Part shown: positions 9,723 to 18,481 of the stretch, piece by piece
Layout of the letters: each line of letters starts with the position of its first letter
Position numbering within the stretch: position 1 is the stretch's first letter
IMG/VR virus record: IMGVR_UViG_3300026097_000026
Span: 1 to 57,321 of that record
Reading direction: 5' to 3' (one strand)
Origin: a virus
Lineage: Duplodnaviria; Caudoviricetes
DNA length: 57,321 nt
Program-made: the position numbers and the translations under genes
The notes under the pieces: generated by a model
Told to the model about the DNA's origin: nothing
Database searches by the model: none
The model's input: only the letters and a program-made list of their open reading frames with translations

Positions 9723-10223
9723 ATGAAACAGAAAACATCAGCAGGTTTAGCAATTATATATGATAATAAAATCCTACTAGCTCATCCTACTAATCGAAGA
9801 TGGTATAATTCATACGGCATTCCTAAAGGGGGCGTAGATAAAGGCGAAACTTATCTAGAAGCTGCAATACGAGAAACTAAAGAAGAAGTTGGGATTACGG
9901 TTCCTAGGAAAATAATAGATAAAAAAGAAAATACATTTTTTGTTTCATCTTCATCAAAAAAGAAAAAGAGTTATAATAAAATAGTATATTACTACATAGT
10001 TAAAATAGATAGCTTATCTCAATTAGGTATCAATGATTTAAGAATTTCTAAAAACCAATTACAGCTTGATGAGGTTGATTGGGCTGGTTTTTTAGATTAT
10101 GAAGAAGTACAAAAAAGAATAACACCATCACAAATACCATTGATAAATAATTTAATATCAAAGGGTCTATTAGAATCAACTGTATTAAATTATGAAAAAT
10201 TTACTGAATCCAAAAAGTCTTAA
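9723..10223 (+). CDS. Nudix hydrolase
   Basis: Nudix box GGVDKGETYLEAAIRETKEEVG. Confidence 0.9.
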   Translation: MKQKTSAGLAIIYDNKILLAHPTNRRWYNSYGIPKGGVDKGETYLEAAIRETKEEVGITVPRKIIDKKENTFFVSSSSKKKKSYNKIVYYYIVKIDSLSQLGINDLRISKNQLQLDEVDWAGFLDYEEVQKRITPSQIPLINNLISKGLLESTVLNYEKFTESKKS

Positions 10224-11268
10224 TTATAACGACTTATTAAATCGTGAACCTATTTTAACTAATAAAGATACAATCCTTTCTTATATTAAAGGGAAGAGAG
10301 TATTGGTCACTGGTGGTTGTGGGTCTATTGGTAGTGAAATCGTTAGACAATTAATAAAGTTTGAAGCAAGTTCTATTATTGTATATGATAATGCTGAAAC
10401 ACCTCTTTTTTATTTAGAACAAGAAATTTCTAAGTTTAATAAAAATATTCATATAAGATATGTAATTGGTGACGTTAGGGATAAAAATAGACTTAATGAA
10501 ATTTTTGAAAGCTTTATGCCTAATGTAGTTTTTCATGCAGCTGCATATAAACATGTTCCTATGATGGAGAGTAATCCAATAGAGGCAATAAAAACTAATG
10601 TATTAGGTACAAAAAATATATCAGATGTTTCGTATCACTATGGTATAGAAAAATTTGTAATGGTATCAACTGATAAGGCGGTTAATCCTACTAATATAAT
10701 GGGTGCTACAAAAAGAATTGCTGAAATTTATACCCAGTACTTAAATCAAAAATCAAATACACAGTTTATTACAACCAGATTTGGAAACGTTTTAGGAAGT
10801 CAAGGATCAGTAATTCCAACATTCATAGACCAAATTAACACAGGTGGTCCTGTTAGTGTTACACATAAAAACGTTATTAGGTATTTTATGACTATCCAGG
10901 AAGCTTGTCAACTTGTATTACAAGCTTCCTCAATCGGCAAAGGTGGTGAAATTTATTTATTTGATATGGGTGAACCTGTAAAAATATTTGATTTGGCTAA
11001 AAAACTTATTTCTTTAGCAGATGATGATGTTGGTATTGAAATTATTGGGTTAAGGCCTGGTGAAAAATTATATGAAGAACTTTTATGTAATGGTGAAAAC
11101 ACAATCCCAACAAAAGATCCTAATATTATGAAGCTTAATCATACTGAATTAAACTTTAAATCATTAATACCTGAAATAGAAAAATTAGCTGAAATTAAAA
11201 ATAATGATTTTTATAAAATAATATCAATAGTTAAAAATATAGTTTCAGAATTTAAAAGAGAATCTTAG
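10192..11268 (+). CDS. pglF: UDP-GlcNAc 4,6-dehydratase (PglF/CapD catalytic domain)
   Basis: TGGCGSIGSE, FHAAAYKHVP, STDKAVNPTNIMGATKR, RFGNVLGS, GLRPGEKLYEEL. Confidence 0.85.
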   Translation: MKNLLNPKSLNYNDLLNREPILTNKDTILSYIKGKRVLVTGGCGSIGSEIVRQLIKFEASSIIVYDNAETPLFYLEQEISKFNKNIHIRYVIGDVRDKNRLNEIFESFMPNVVFHAAAYKHVPMMESNPIEAIKTNVLGTKNISDVSYHYGIEKFVMVSTDKAVNPTNIMGATKRIAEIYTQYLNQKSNTQFITTRFGNVLGSQGSVIPTFIDQINTGGPVSVTHKNVIRYFMTIQEACQLVLQASSIGKGGEIYLFDMGEPVKIFDLAKKLISLADDDVGIEIIGLRPGEKLYEELLCNGENTIPTKDPNIMKLNHTELNFKSLIPEIEKLAEIKNNDFYKIISIVKNIVSEFKRES

Positions 11269-11269
11269 T

Positions 11270-11839
11270 ATGAGTGAAGTAAATATATTTGGTAAAGGTG
11301 GTCATGCAAAAGTTATAAAATCAATAATAGAACATAATATAGATGAGGAACTTGGTACTATTATGGATGATAAGGATTATTTAAAAATTGACACTGGCCA
11401 TTGGATAATAGGAATAGGCGATAATACAATTAGAAAGGAAAGAGCTTATGGTATATTAAAGAATGAATCTTTTTATACTTTAATTAGTAAATCTTGTATA
11501 CTACCAAAAGATAATAATATAGGTAAAGGTTCTGTCATATTTCATGGTGCGATTATACAAACAAATACTAAAATAGGAAATCATTGTATAATTAATACTA
11601 ATGCTAATGTAGATCACGACTGTGTTATTGGAGATTTTGTACATATTGCACCAGGTTGTACTTTATGTGGAAATGTTTCTATAGGTGAAGGGACTTTTAT
11701 AGGGGCTGGTACAACTATTATACCTGGAATTACTATAGGTAAGAATTGTATAATTGGTGCTGGTTCAACTGTAGTTAGAGACATTCCTGATAATACTAAA
11801 GCCTTTGGTAACCCTTGTACATTTAAAGAATTATTATGA
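11270..11839 (+). CDS. pglD: sugar N-acetyltransferase (PglD/NeuD family, left-handed beta-helix)
   Basis: GKGGHAKVI, GIGDNTIR, VDHDC and hexapeptide repeats. Confidence 0.85.
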   Translation: MSEVNIFGKGGHAKVIKSIIEHNIDEELGTIMDDKDYLKIDTGHWIIGIGDNTIRKERAYGILKNESFYTLISKSCILPKDNNIGKGSVIFHGAIIQTNTKIGNHCIINTNANVDHDCVIGDFVHIAPGCTLCGNVSIGEGTFIGAGTTIIPGITIGKNCIIGAGSTVVRDIPDNTKAFGNPCTFKELL

Positions 11840-12948
11840 AAAGGATATATTTATCACCTCCACATATGTCAGGCGATGAGCTTAATTATATCAAAGAAGC
11901 ATTTGATCAAAACTGGGTAGCTCCAATTGGACCACAACTTAATAAGTTTGAAGAGTTGGTTAAGACTTATGTAGGATCAAATCATGCAGTGGCAGTTAAT
12001 TCTGGTACAAGTGCAATTCATTTAGCTCTTAAAGTTTTAGGTATTAAAGAAAATGATACTGTTTTATGCTCTACTATGACATTCATAGGATCAGTTAATC
12101 CTATTTTATATGAAAGAGCAAATCCAGTTTTTATTGATTCAGAAAGTAATACATGGAACATGGATCCGTATTTATTAGAACAATCAATTATTGATTTAAT
12201 AAAGAAAAATAATAAACCAAAGGCGATACTTCTAGTTCATGTTTTTGGTATGCCTTCTAATTTAACTACTATTAAATCAATATCTGATTTTTATGGTATT
12301 CCCTTAATTGAGGATGCAGCTGAATCTCTAGGATCTACTTACAAAAATAAACATACCGGTACATGGGGTGATATTGGCATTTATTCATTTAATGGAAATA
12401 AGCTCTTATCTACATCAGGTGGTGGTATTTTAGTAACTGATAATAAAACTCTTGCAACTAAAGCAAGATTTTTATCAACACAAGCTAAAGAAGATAAGCC
12501 ATATTATTATCATAAAGAATTAGGTTATAATTATAGAATGAGTAATATTGTAGCATCAATAGGAATTGGTCAAATTAATGTAATTGAAGAAAGAATAAAA
12601 AGGACACGAGAAATTCATAAAATATATAAGAGTGAATTAGGAGACTGGTTTGATTGTATTTTAACTGAAGGTAATACTATTAGAAGTAACTATTGGCTTA
12701 CATGTGGCATTTCTAATGAGCGTTTTGAGCCAAATAAAATGATTAATCATTTAAATAATAAAAATATAGAAGCTAGGAGAGTGTGGTACCCGATGCATAG
12801 GCAGCCTATTTTATTTAACAGAACTAAATATATAAATGGAACTAGTGATAATCTATTTAAATGTGGTATATGTTTACCTTCAGGTTCTTCGATGTCAAAT
12901 GATGATTTAGGTAGAGTAATAGATTCTTTTAAAAAATATAAAAAATAA
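11836..12948 (+). CDS. pglE: DegT/DnrJ/PglE sugar aminotransferase
   Basis: IYLSPPHM, SGTSAIHLAL, IEDAAESLG, SFNGNK (PLP Lys), GYNYRMSN, CLPSGS. Confidence 0.85.
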   Translation: MKRIYLSPPHMSGDELNYIKEAFDQNWVAPIGPQLNKFEELVKTYVGSNHAVAVNSGTSAIHLALKVLGIKENDTVLCSTMTFIGSVNPILYERANPVFIDSESNTWNMDPYLLEQSIIDLIKKNNKPKAILLVHVFGMPSNLTTIKSISDFYGIPLIEDAAESLGSTYKNKHTGTWGDIGIYSFNGNKLLSTSGGGILVTDNKTLATKARFLSTQAKEDKPYYYHKELGYNYRMSNIVASIGIGQINVIEERIKRTREIHKIYKSELGDWFDCILTEGNTIRSNYWLTCGISNERFEPNKMINHLNNKNIEARRVWYPMHRQPILFNRTKYINGTSDNLFKCGICLPSGSSMSNDDLGRVIDSFKKYKK

Positions 12949-12949
12949 T

Positions 12950-13846
12950 ATGATATTTTCATACGAAGACTTTCTATTAAATGAAAGCGTCAATGATTCC
13001 AACTTTAGCATCCTATTAGAAGCTAATCTTAATAATAAAATTAACAAAAATATTAAGTTTGGTATTGTAATTCCTACTCACAAAATATCAGATGGTGCTG
13101 CGCAAACTGGTCGTAAAAACTTTATGAATACTCCTGATTTACTTAAGGCTTCATTAGGTTCAATTAGAGACCAGAAATATGACAATTATGTAGTTTATTT
13201 AGTTGGCGATGCTTATGATGGTGATGAAGAAATTAAAACTGTTATTAGTGAAGTTATGCCTCAGGGCAAATGTAAATTTCATAATATGAAAACACCAGGA
13301 GAAAGAAATAAAGGATATACAAAACAACAATTTAGGTATACTGCAGGTGCTGGCGCAATGAACAAGGGTTTAGAACTAGCAAAAAATGATGGTATTGACT
13401 ATATAGTTAGATTAGACCATGATGATAAATGGAAACCTAATCACCTTGAATTATTAGCAAAAGCATATACACAGTATCCTGAATTAGCTTATGTTTTTAC
13501 TAGAAGCAGAAAAAAAGTTGATGCTAATAATTCCTCAAAAAAGTTTATGTATCAACCTAGTGAAGAAAGACATATGACAAAAATTGAACCTAATAATTTA
13601 GGTTATACTCATGGTGATGTAAGTCATTCAGCTATGTCATGGAGACCTTCAATGACAGGGGATTTAAGATACAGAAATCCTGATCAACAAAGTAAAACTA
13701 ATCCTAAAATACCTTTAACAAAAACTATACAAGCTGATGTTGATATGTTTAAGAGAATGATGGATTCAATTAAAAAAGCAGGTCATAAATATATGTATAT
13801 ACCTAAATTAACAAGCTTTTATAGAAACCGAAAGGGAAAGTTTTAA
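12950..13846 (+). CDS. GT2-family glycosyltransferase with N-terminal capsid-targeting-like peptide
   Basis: FGIVIPTH, SIRDQKY, AMNKGL, YIVRLDHDDKW; N-terminus MIFSYEDFLLNES. Confidence 0.8.
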   Translation: MIFSYEDFLLNESVNDSNFSILLEANLNNKINKNIKFGIVIPTHKISDGAAQTGRKNFMNTPDLLKASLGSIRDQKYDNYVVYLVGDAYDGDEEIKTVISEVMPQGKCKFHNMKTPGERNKGYTKQQFRYTAGAGAMNKGLELAKNDGIDYIVRLDHDDKWKPNHLELLAKAYTQYPELAYVFTRSRKKVDANNSSKKFMYQPSEERHMTKIEPNNLGYTHGDVSHSAMSWRPSMTGDLRYRNPDQQSKTNPKIPLTKTIQADVDMFKRMMDSIKKAGHKYMYIPKLTSFYRNRKGKF

Positions 13847-13893
13847 ATTACTTATAAAAACAGAAATATATACATTAAATAAAAACATAAATC

Positions 13894-14070
13894 ATGGAAA
13901 CATTTAAAGAAATTAAATCATTAATAGAAAACACCGAGGAAGACATCGAAAAGTTTTATGTAAAGGGTAATAAGGCAGCTGCAGTAAGAATTCGTAAATC
14001 TATGCAAGAAATTAAAAACTTAGCTCAAAAACTTAGAGTACATGTACAAGAAACTAAAAATAATTTATAA
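13894..14070 (+). CDS. histone H1-like (Hc1-family) small protein, Bacteroidota type
   Basis: 58-aa ORF missing from the track: METFKEIKSLIENTEEDIEKFYVKGNKAAAVRIRKSMQEIKNLAQKLRVHVQETKNNL; KFY.KGN.AA..R.RK..QE.K.LAQ..R pattern. Confidence 0.75.
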   Translation: METFKEIKSLIENTEEDIEKFYVKGNKAAAVRIRKSMQEIKNLAQKLRVHVQETKNNL

Positions 14071-14118
14071 ACATTTTAATTAGTTCATCTCTCCCTATAA
14101 GGTATTCCCTTATAAACC

Positions 14119-14149
14119 AAAAGACCATTAATATTAATGGTCTTTTTTT
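14119..14149 (+). terminator. terminator / perfect 28-bp palindrome
   Basis: AAAAGACCATTAAT|ATTAATGGTCTTTT followed by more T. Confidence 0.65.
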
Positions 14150-14167
14150 ATGCATAAATATTTTACT

Positions 14168-14194
14168 TAAACCATTTTCATTATTTATGTATAA
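14168..14194 (+). promoter_or_regulatory. putative early/middle promoter TAAAC-N17-TATAA heading the modification operon
   Basis: Copy of the recurring bipartite motif. Confidence 0.6.
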
Positions 14195-14212
14195 TATTTA
14201 AATAATATTAAA

Positions 14213-14764
14213 ATGGAAAAATGTTTAATCATTGATTTTGATGATACTTTAATTAAAACTATTGAAGTTCATGCAGAAGCATGGAGGAAATCATTAAATA
14301 AAACTTTAGATATTGACATACCAAAGGATGCTATTCTTAACGATATAAATTATGGTATTAATTTATTGCATGAAAAGTTTCAATTAACTAAAGATGAAAT
14401 TAAAAAATCCTCACAACTTAAAAAAGAATTTTTTAACCAAACTTTACATAATACTAAAGTTAATGAAGTTTTATTTTACTTAATAAAGAGTAAAATATTT
14501 GACCATGTAATAATTGCTTCAAATTCATCTAAAGAAAATTTAACTAGACTATTACATTATCATAATATAGATTTAAATTTATTTAGTTTAATATTAACAC
14601 GAGATGATGTAAAAAATAAAAAACCGTATCCTGATATGGGTAACATTATTTTTGATGAATTCTCTGACTATGATAGAAGTGATTTTATTATGATAGGTGA
14701 TTCTGATGTTGATAAAATATTTTCCACAAAAATAGATATAAGATGCATAATGGTAAACTTTTAA
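14213..14764 (+). CDS. HAD-superfamily phosphatase/phosphomutase
   Basis: Motif I IIDFDDTL, IASNS, KKPYPD, IGDSDVD. Confidence 0.85.
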   Translation: MEKCLIIDFDDTLIKTIEVHAEAWRKSLNKTLDIDIPKDAILNDINYGINLLHEKFQLTKDEIKKSSQLKKEFFNQTLHNTKVNEVLFYLIKSKIFDHVIIASNSSKENLTRLLHYHNIDLNLFSLILTRDDVKNKKPYPDMGNIIFDEFSDYDRSDFIMIGDSDVDKIFSTKIDIRCIMVNF

Positions 14765-15489
14765 TTGGAAACAGCGGTGATAAAGTATATGTTGATAAAA
14801 ACATAGTAATTAAAACTGCTGGTGTACATAAAGATAAATTTAAACAACAAGCTAACTTTTTATTAAATTGCGATCATCCTAATTTTATTAATATAAAGAA
14901 AATAAATGATGAGGAATATCACATGGATACTCATCCAACATTTTACAATTTTATATGTAATTCTGATTTAGGTGAATCGTTGTATAGATTAGAAGAATTA
15001 TTAGATATCATAGATGGTTTTAACTCGATTGGCGCCGATGTAAAAACAGAAACATATCTTAATAAATTAGAAAGCAGAACAGGATATAAGTACAGTGGTA
15101 AGTTTGATGCAGCATCTTCTTATGGTTTTGTACATGGGGATTTAACAATAAGTAATATCTTGTATGATGATCGCTTTATCTTTATTGACCCGAGAGGTAC
15201 TGAAGAACAAAACTATTATGATTATGGAAAACTTATGCAGTCGTTTGTTATGAACTATGAAGCCCATATATACAATGAATGGAATCCTAAATATTTAGAG
15301 TTTTGTAAAGAAGCTGAAAAAATAATGTATGAAAGATATGATGAATATCAACTTAAATTCTTTTTGGCTGTTCATTTATTGGGAGCAGTACCTTTTTTTG
15401 AATTAAACGAAAGGTATGAAATGGCTAAGTTATTTTTAGAAAAAGGTCATTCATTATTTAATGAATTAGGAATAAAATATAGTAAATGA
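14743..15489 (+). CDS. APH/choline-kinase-like phosphotransferase (putative sugar kinase)
   Basis: Brenner motif VHGDLTISNIL, FIFIDPRG, YYDYGKLMQS. Confidence 0.8.
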   Translation: MHNGKLLIGNSGDKVYVDKNIVIKTAGVHKDKFKQQANFLLNCDHPNFINIKKINDEEYHMDTHPTFYNFICNSDLGESLYRLEELLDIIDGFNSIGADVKTETYLNKLESRTGYKYSGKFDAASSYGFVHGDLTISNILYDDRFIFIDPRGTEEQNYYDYGKLMQSFVMNYEAHIYNEWNPKYLEFCKEAEKIMYERYDEYQLKFFLAVHLLGAVPFFELNERYEMAKLFLEKGHSLFNELGIKYSK

Positions 15490-16196
15490 AAAATAAAGTA
15501 AAAAAAGCAATTATACTTGCTGCAGGTAAATCCAAAAGATATGGTTCAAATAAATTAACAGATCCTATTTTAGGAAAAACTACAGTACAATATGCTGTTG
15601 AATTTTGTATTGATAATGGTATAGATGATGTTTATATAACTATAAGTAAATCAGACTTCTTTTTTAAGAATTATAATACTAAATTGTCTCACCCAATTAT
15701 TGAAAGTTTATTATCATATAAAGATAAAATTAATATCTTTTATGAATTCCAAAAGGAAGATGAGTATGGTCCAGGCGCTGCTATTAAGGCATGGGAAGGT
15801 GCCTTTTATGAACCGTTTTTATGTTTATTTGGTGATAATTATTATGAAGGTAATATAGAGTTAGACAAACATAATCCTAATCAAACTATAATTACATATA
15901 AAGATTATGAAACTAGAGCTCGTAATTTACAATTGGCAACAATAATAGATGATGTTGTAGTTGAAAAACCCCATGGTGTAGTAAACGGTAGATATTTTTG
16001 TGGATATATGATATTTGCTAAAGAAGCATTTGATAATCTTAAAAATATTAAATTATCAGGTAGAAATGAATATGAAATTACACATCTCATAAACTCAATG
16101 AGCAATCCTCAATATAAAAAATTAAATATATGTTGGTACGATTTAACATATGAAGAAGATAAAAAAGTAATAGAAAGTATAATTAATAACAGTTAA
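15486..16196 (+). CDS. sugar-1-phosphate nucleotidyltransferase (RmlA-like)
   Basis: AIILAAGKSKRYG, LFGDNYY, VVEKP, SGRNEYEITHL. Confidence 0.85.
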   Translation: MKNKVKKAIILAAGKSKRYGSNKLTDPILGKTTVQYAVEFCIDNGIDDVYITISKSDFFFKNYNTKLSHPIIESLLSYKDKINIFYEFQKEDEYGPGAAIKAWEGAFYEPFLCLFGDNYYEGNIELDKHNPNQTIITYKDYETRARNLQLATIIDDVVVEKPHGVVNGRYFCGYMIFAKEAFDNLKNIKLSGRNEYEITHLINSMSNPQYKKLNICWYDLTYEEDKKVIESIINNS

Positions 16197-16197
16197 T

Positions 16198-17448
16198 ATG
16201 AAAGAAGTAAAACGCGTTGGGTTTTTCAAATTAGGAAAGGCTATAAAATTTAATGAAAAGAGCTGGAATGCTATTGGTGGTGATTGTGAACCTAAGCAGT
16301 TAATAACATCTATAGCAAAAAGAAATCCTAAAGTAGAATATTGGCTTCTTAGTCCAAATGATTTAGGTAAATTTAGAGCAAAGGAGACTCCAGTTAAAAG
16401 CCCTTTATTTGGTCCTTCTCCTGAAACAAGTTCTGTACCATCAAACATTAAAGAATTTCATTCACAAATGAAAGATCGCAAATCTATTGATGAAACTACT
16501 GATAAAATAAAATCATTAAACCTTGATTTTATTTTCTTTTATACTGGTCCTACTAGTACAGTTAATATTCCTAATTACATAAATAAAAAGGACGGTACCG
16601 GTATGGTTAAATCATTAGACTTTTTTAAATACTATGCAGCTCCTATTATTAAATCATTAAATGAAATTGAAAAAAGAATTCCTATAGTAGGTTTACTGGT
16701 TGATAATAGATTTACTATAAGCGCTAAAGATTTTCATGCTCATAATAGACCAACTTATTACCTAGCACAAAATAATTTTGAAAAAGAAGAACAATATTTT
16801 TCTAATCCTCCTAATAGAGATACTCTAACAATCAAATCTAAATTTGAATATTCAGGTATTGAAACTGTCTTTTTATTAGATAAGAAAAGATATGATATTG
16901 ATGAATTATTTGAAAAGAAAACAGAGTATTCTTTTGTAATGCTACAAAACCAAGGAAAGGGTTCGGGTGGTGGTATGGATAGATGGGATCCTGTTAGAGA
17001 TTATATTGTTGAAAATGACATAAAAACAGATATTTATGGAAAGTGGGATACTGAAATTAAAGAAAAATATCCTGAATGGTTTAAAGGTGAGCGTAGGATT
17101 GAATCTATGTCTGATGAATTAGTTAAAACTAAATATACTTTTTGTGTACCTATTAAAGAAGGGATGGTTACTTCAAAATATGCAGAAATGCTTCATTATG
17201 GAATTATACCATTTTTACATCCATCATACGACACTGAATACAATGTATTCCCTGAAGGTCATTTTATCAGATGTAAAAGCCCAGAAGATCTTAAAAAGAA
17301 AATTGAGTTTTTAGAAAGTAACCCTGATCACTATAAAAAATTATTTTATAATTTACAAAGTAAGTATATCAAGGATGAATACTATACTGGTGAACATGTA
17401 GATAATAAAATCTGGGATGCGTATAATAAAATAACAAATAACAACTAA
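16198..17448 (+). CDS. T4 DNA beta-glucosyltransferase-like (GT-B) DNA glycosyltransferase
   Basis: Collinear segments with T4 BGT as recalled: LLVDNRF/LFTDIRL, FEYSGIE/FEYFPIE, DIYGK/EFFGN, VTSKYAEMLHYGIIPFLHPSYDT/ITLRVWETMASDAVMLIDEEFDT. Confidence 0.7.
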   Translation: MKEVKRVGFFKLGKAIKFNEKSWNAIGGDCEPKQLITSIAKRNPKVEYWLLSPNDLGKFRAKETPVKSPLFGPSPETSSVPSNIKEFHSQMKDRKSIDETTDKIKSLNLDFIFFYTGPTSTVNIPNYINKKDGTGMVKSLDFFKYYAAPIIKSLNEIEKRIPIVGLLVDNRFTISAKDFHAHNRPTYYLAQNNFEKEEQYFSNPPNRDTLTIKSKFEYSGIETVFLLDKKRYDIDELFEKKTEYSFVMLQNQGKGSGGGMDRWDPVRDYIVENDIKTDIYGKWDTEIKEKYPEWFKGERRIESMSDELVKTKYTFCVPIKEGMVTSKYAEMLHYGIIPFLHPSYDTEYNVFPEGHFIRCKSPEDLKKKIEFLESNPDHYKKLFYNLQSKYIKDEYYTGEHVDNKIWDAYNKITNNN

Positions 17449-17458
17449 ATTAATAAAA

Positions 17459-18481
17459 ATGTATAACAAAAATACAAAAATTTTAATAACCGGCGGTGCT
17501 GGTTTTATTGGTACTAACTTAATTAATGATTTACTTAAAAAAGGTCATAATCCTGACAGTATAGCAGTAATTGACAACCTATCACATGGTACTTTTTTAG
17601 ATGAAGTACATGGTAAATTAAAATATTTTTATAATGAAGATATCAGAAACCAATATGTAGAAAAAATTATATCAGATTTTAAACCTGAGTACATATTTCA
17701 TTTTGCTGGGTTAGTATCAATTTATGACTGTAATAGCAACCCATATGAAGCTGTTGATATTAACGTTTTAGGTAGTATTAACATTCTTAATGCAGCAGTT
17801 GAAAATAATGTTAATAGGGTCATTTTTAGTGAAACTTCAGCAGTTTACGAAAATTGTGAAATGGGATCTAATGGATATAATGAAAATCAATCTGATCCTA
17901 CCACCATATATTCAACTACGAAAGCATCATTGGCATTATTAGCAGAGTCATATGCTAGAACAAAAGGTTTAAAATATACTGCGCTAAGATATTTTAATGT
18001 AGCTGGACCTTTACAAGATTATGAAAGAACGGTACCTCCTGTGTTTGCTGGTTTTATTTTAAGAATTATGGGAGGGCATAAACCAATCATCTTTGGCGAT
18101 CCTATGAAGTCACGTGATTATATTGATGTTGATGATGTTAATGATTTTCATATTTTATGTATGAAAGATCAAAGAACAGAGAATCGTACATTTAATTTAG
18201 GTACTGGTAAAGATACAAACCTTTTAGAATTAAAGGATATTATAGGTGAATGCATGAATGTTAGTAATGTTCAGTATAATTCATATGATGCAATTGCAGG
18301 TGAGGCTGTAAATATTAAAGCTGATATATCAGCAGCCACTGAATTAGGATGGGTACCTAAGAACGATATTAAAGATACTATTAATAAAACAATAGATTAT
18401 CTTAAAAAAGAAGTAAAGGTAGGTAATATTAATCCTAAAACCTTTATGGAAAATATAGAAATAAAAAAGGTAAAAATATGA
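17459..18481 (+). CDS. NAD-dependent NDP-sugar epimerase/dehydratase (GalE-like SDR)
   Basis: ITGGAGFIG, IDNLSHG, YSTTK (YxxxK), LRYFNVAG, RDYIDVDD. Confidence 0.9.
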   Translation: MYNKNTKILITGGAGFIGTNLINDLLKKGHNPDSIAVIDNLSHGTFLDEVHGKLKYFYNEDIRNQYVEKIISDFKPEYIFHFAGLVSIYDCNSNPYEAVDINVLGSINILNAAVENNVNRVIFSETSAVYENCEMGSNGYNENQSDPTTIYSTTKASLALLAESYARTKGLKYTALRYFNVAGPLQDYERTVPPVFAGFILRIMGGHKPIIFGDPMKSRDYIDVDDVNDFHILCMKDQRTENRTFNLGTGKDTNLLELKDIIGECMNVSNVQYNSYDAIAGEAVNIKADISAATELGWVPKNDIKDTINKTIDYLKKEVKVGNINPKTFMENIEIKKVKI

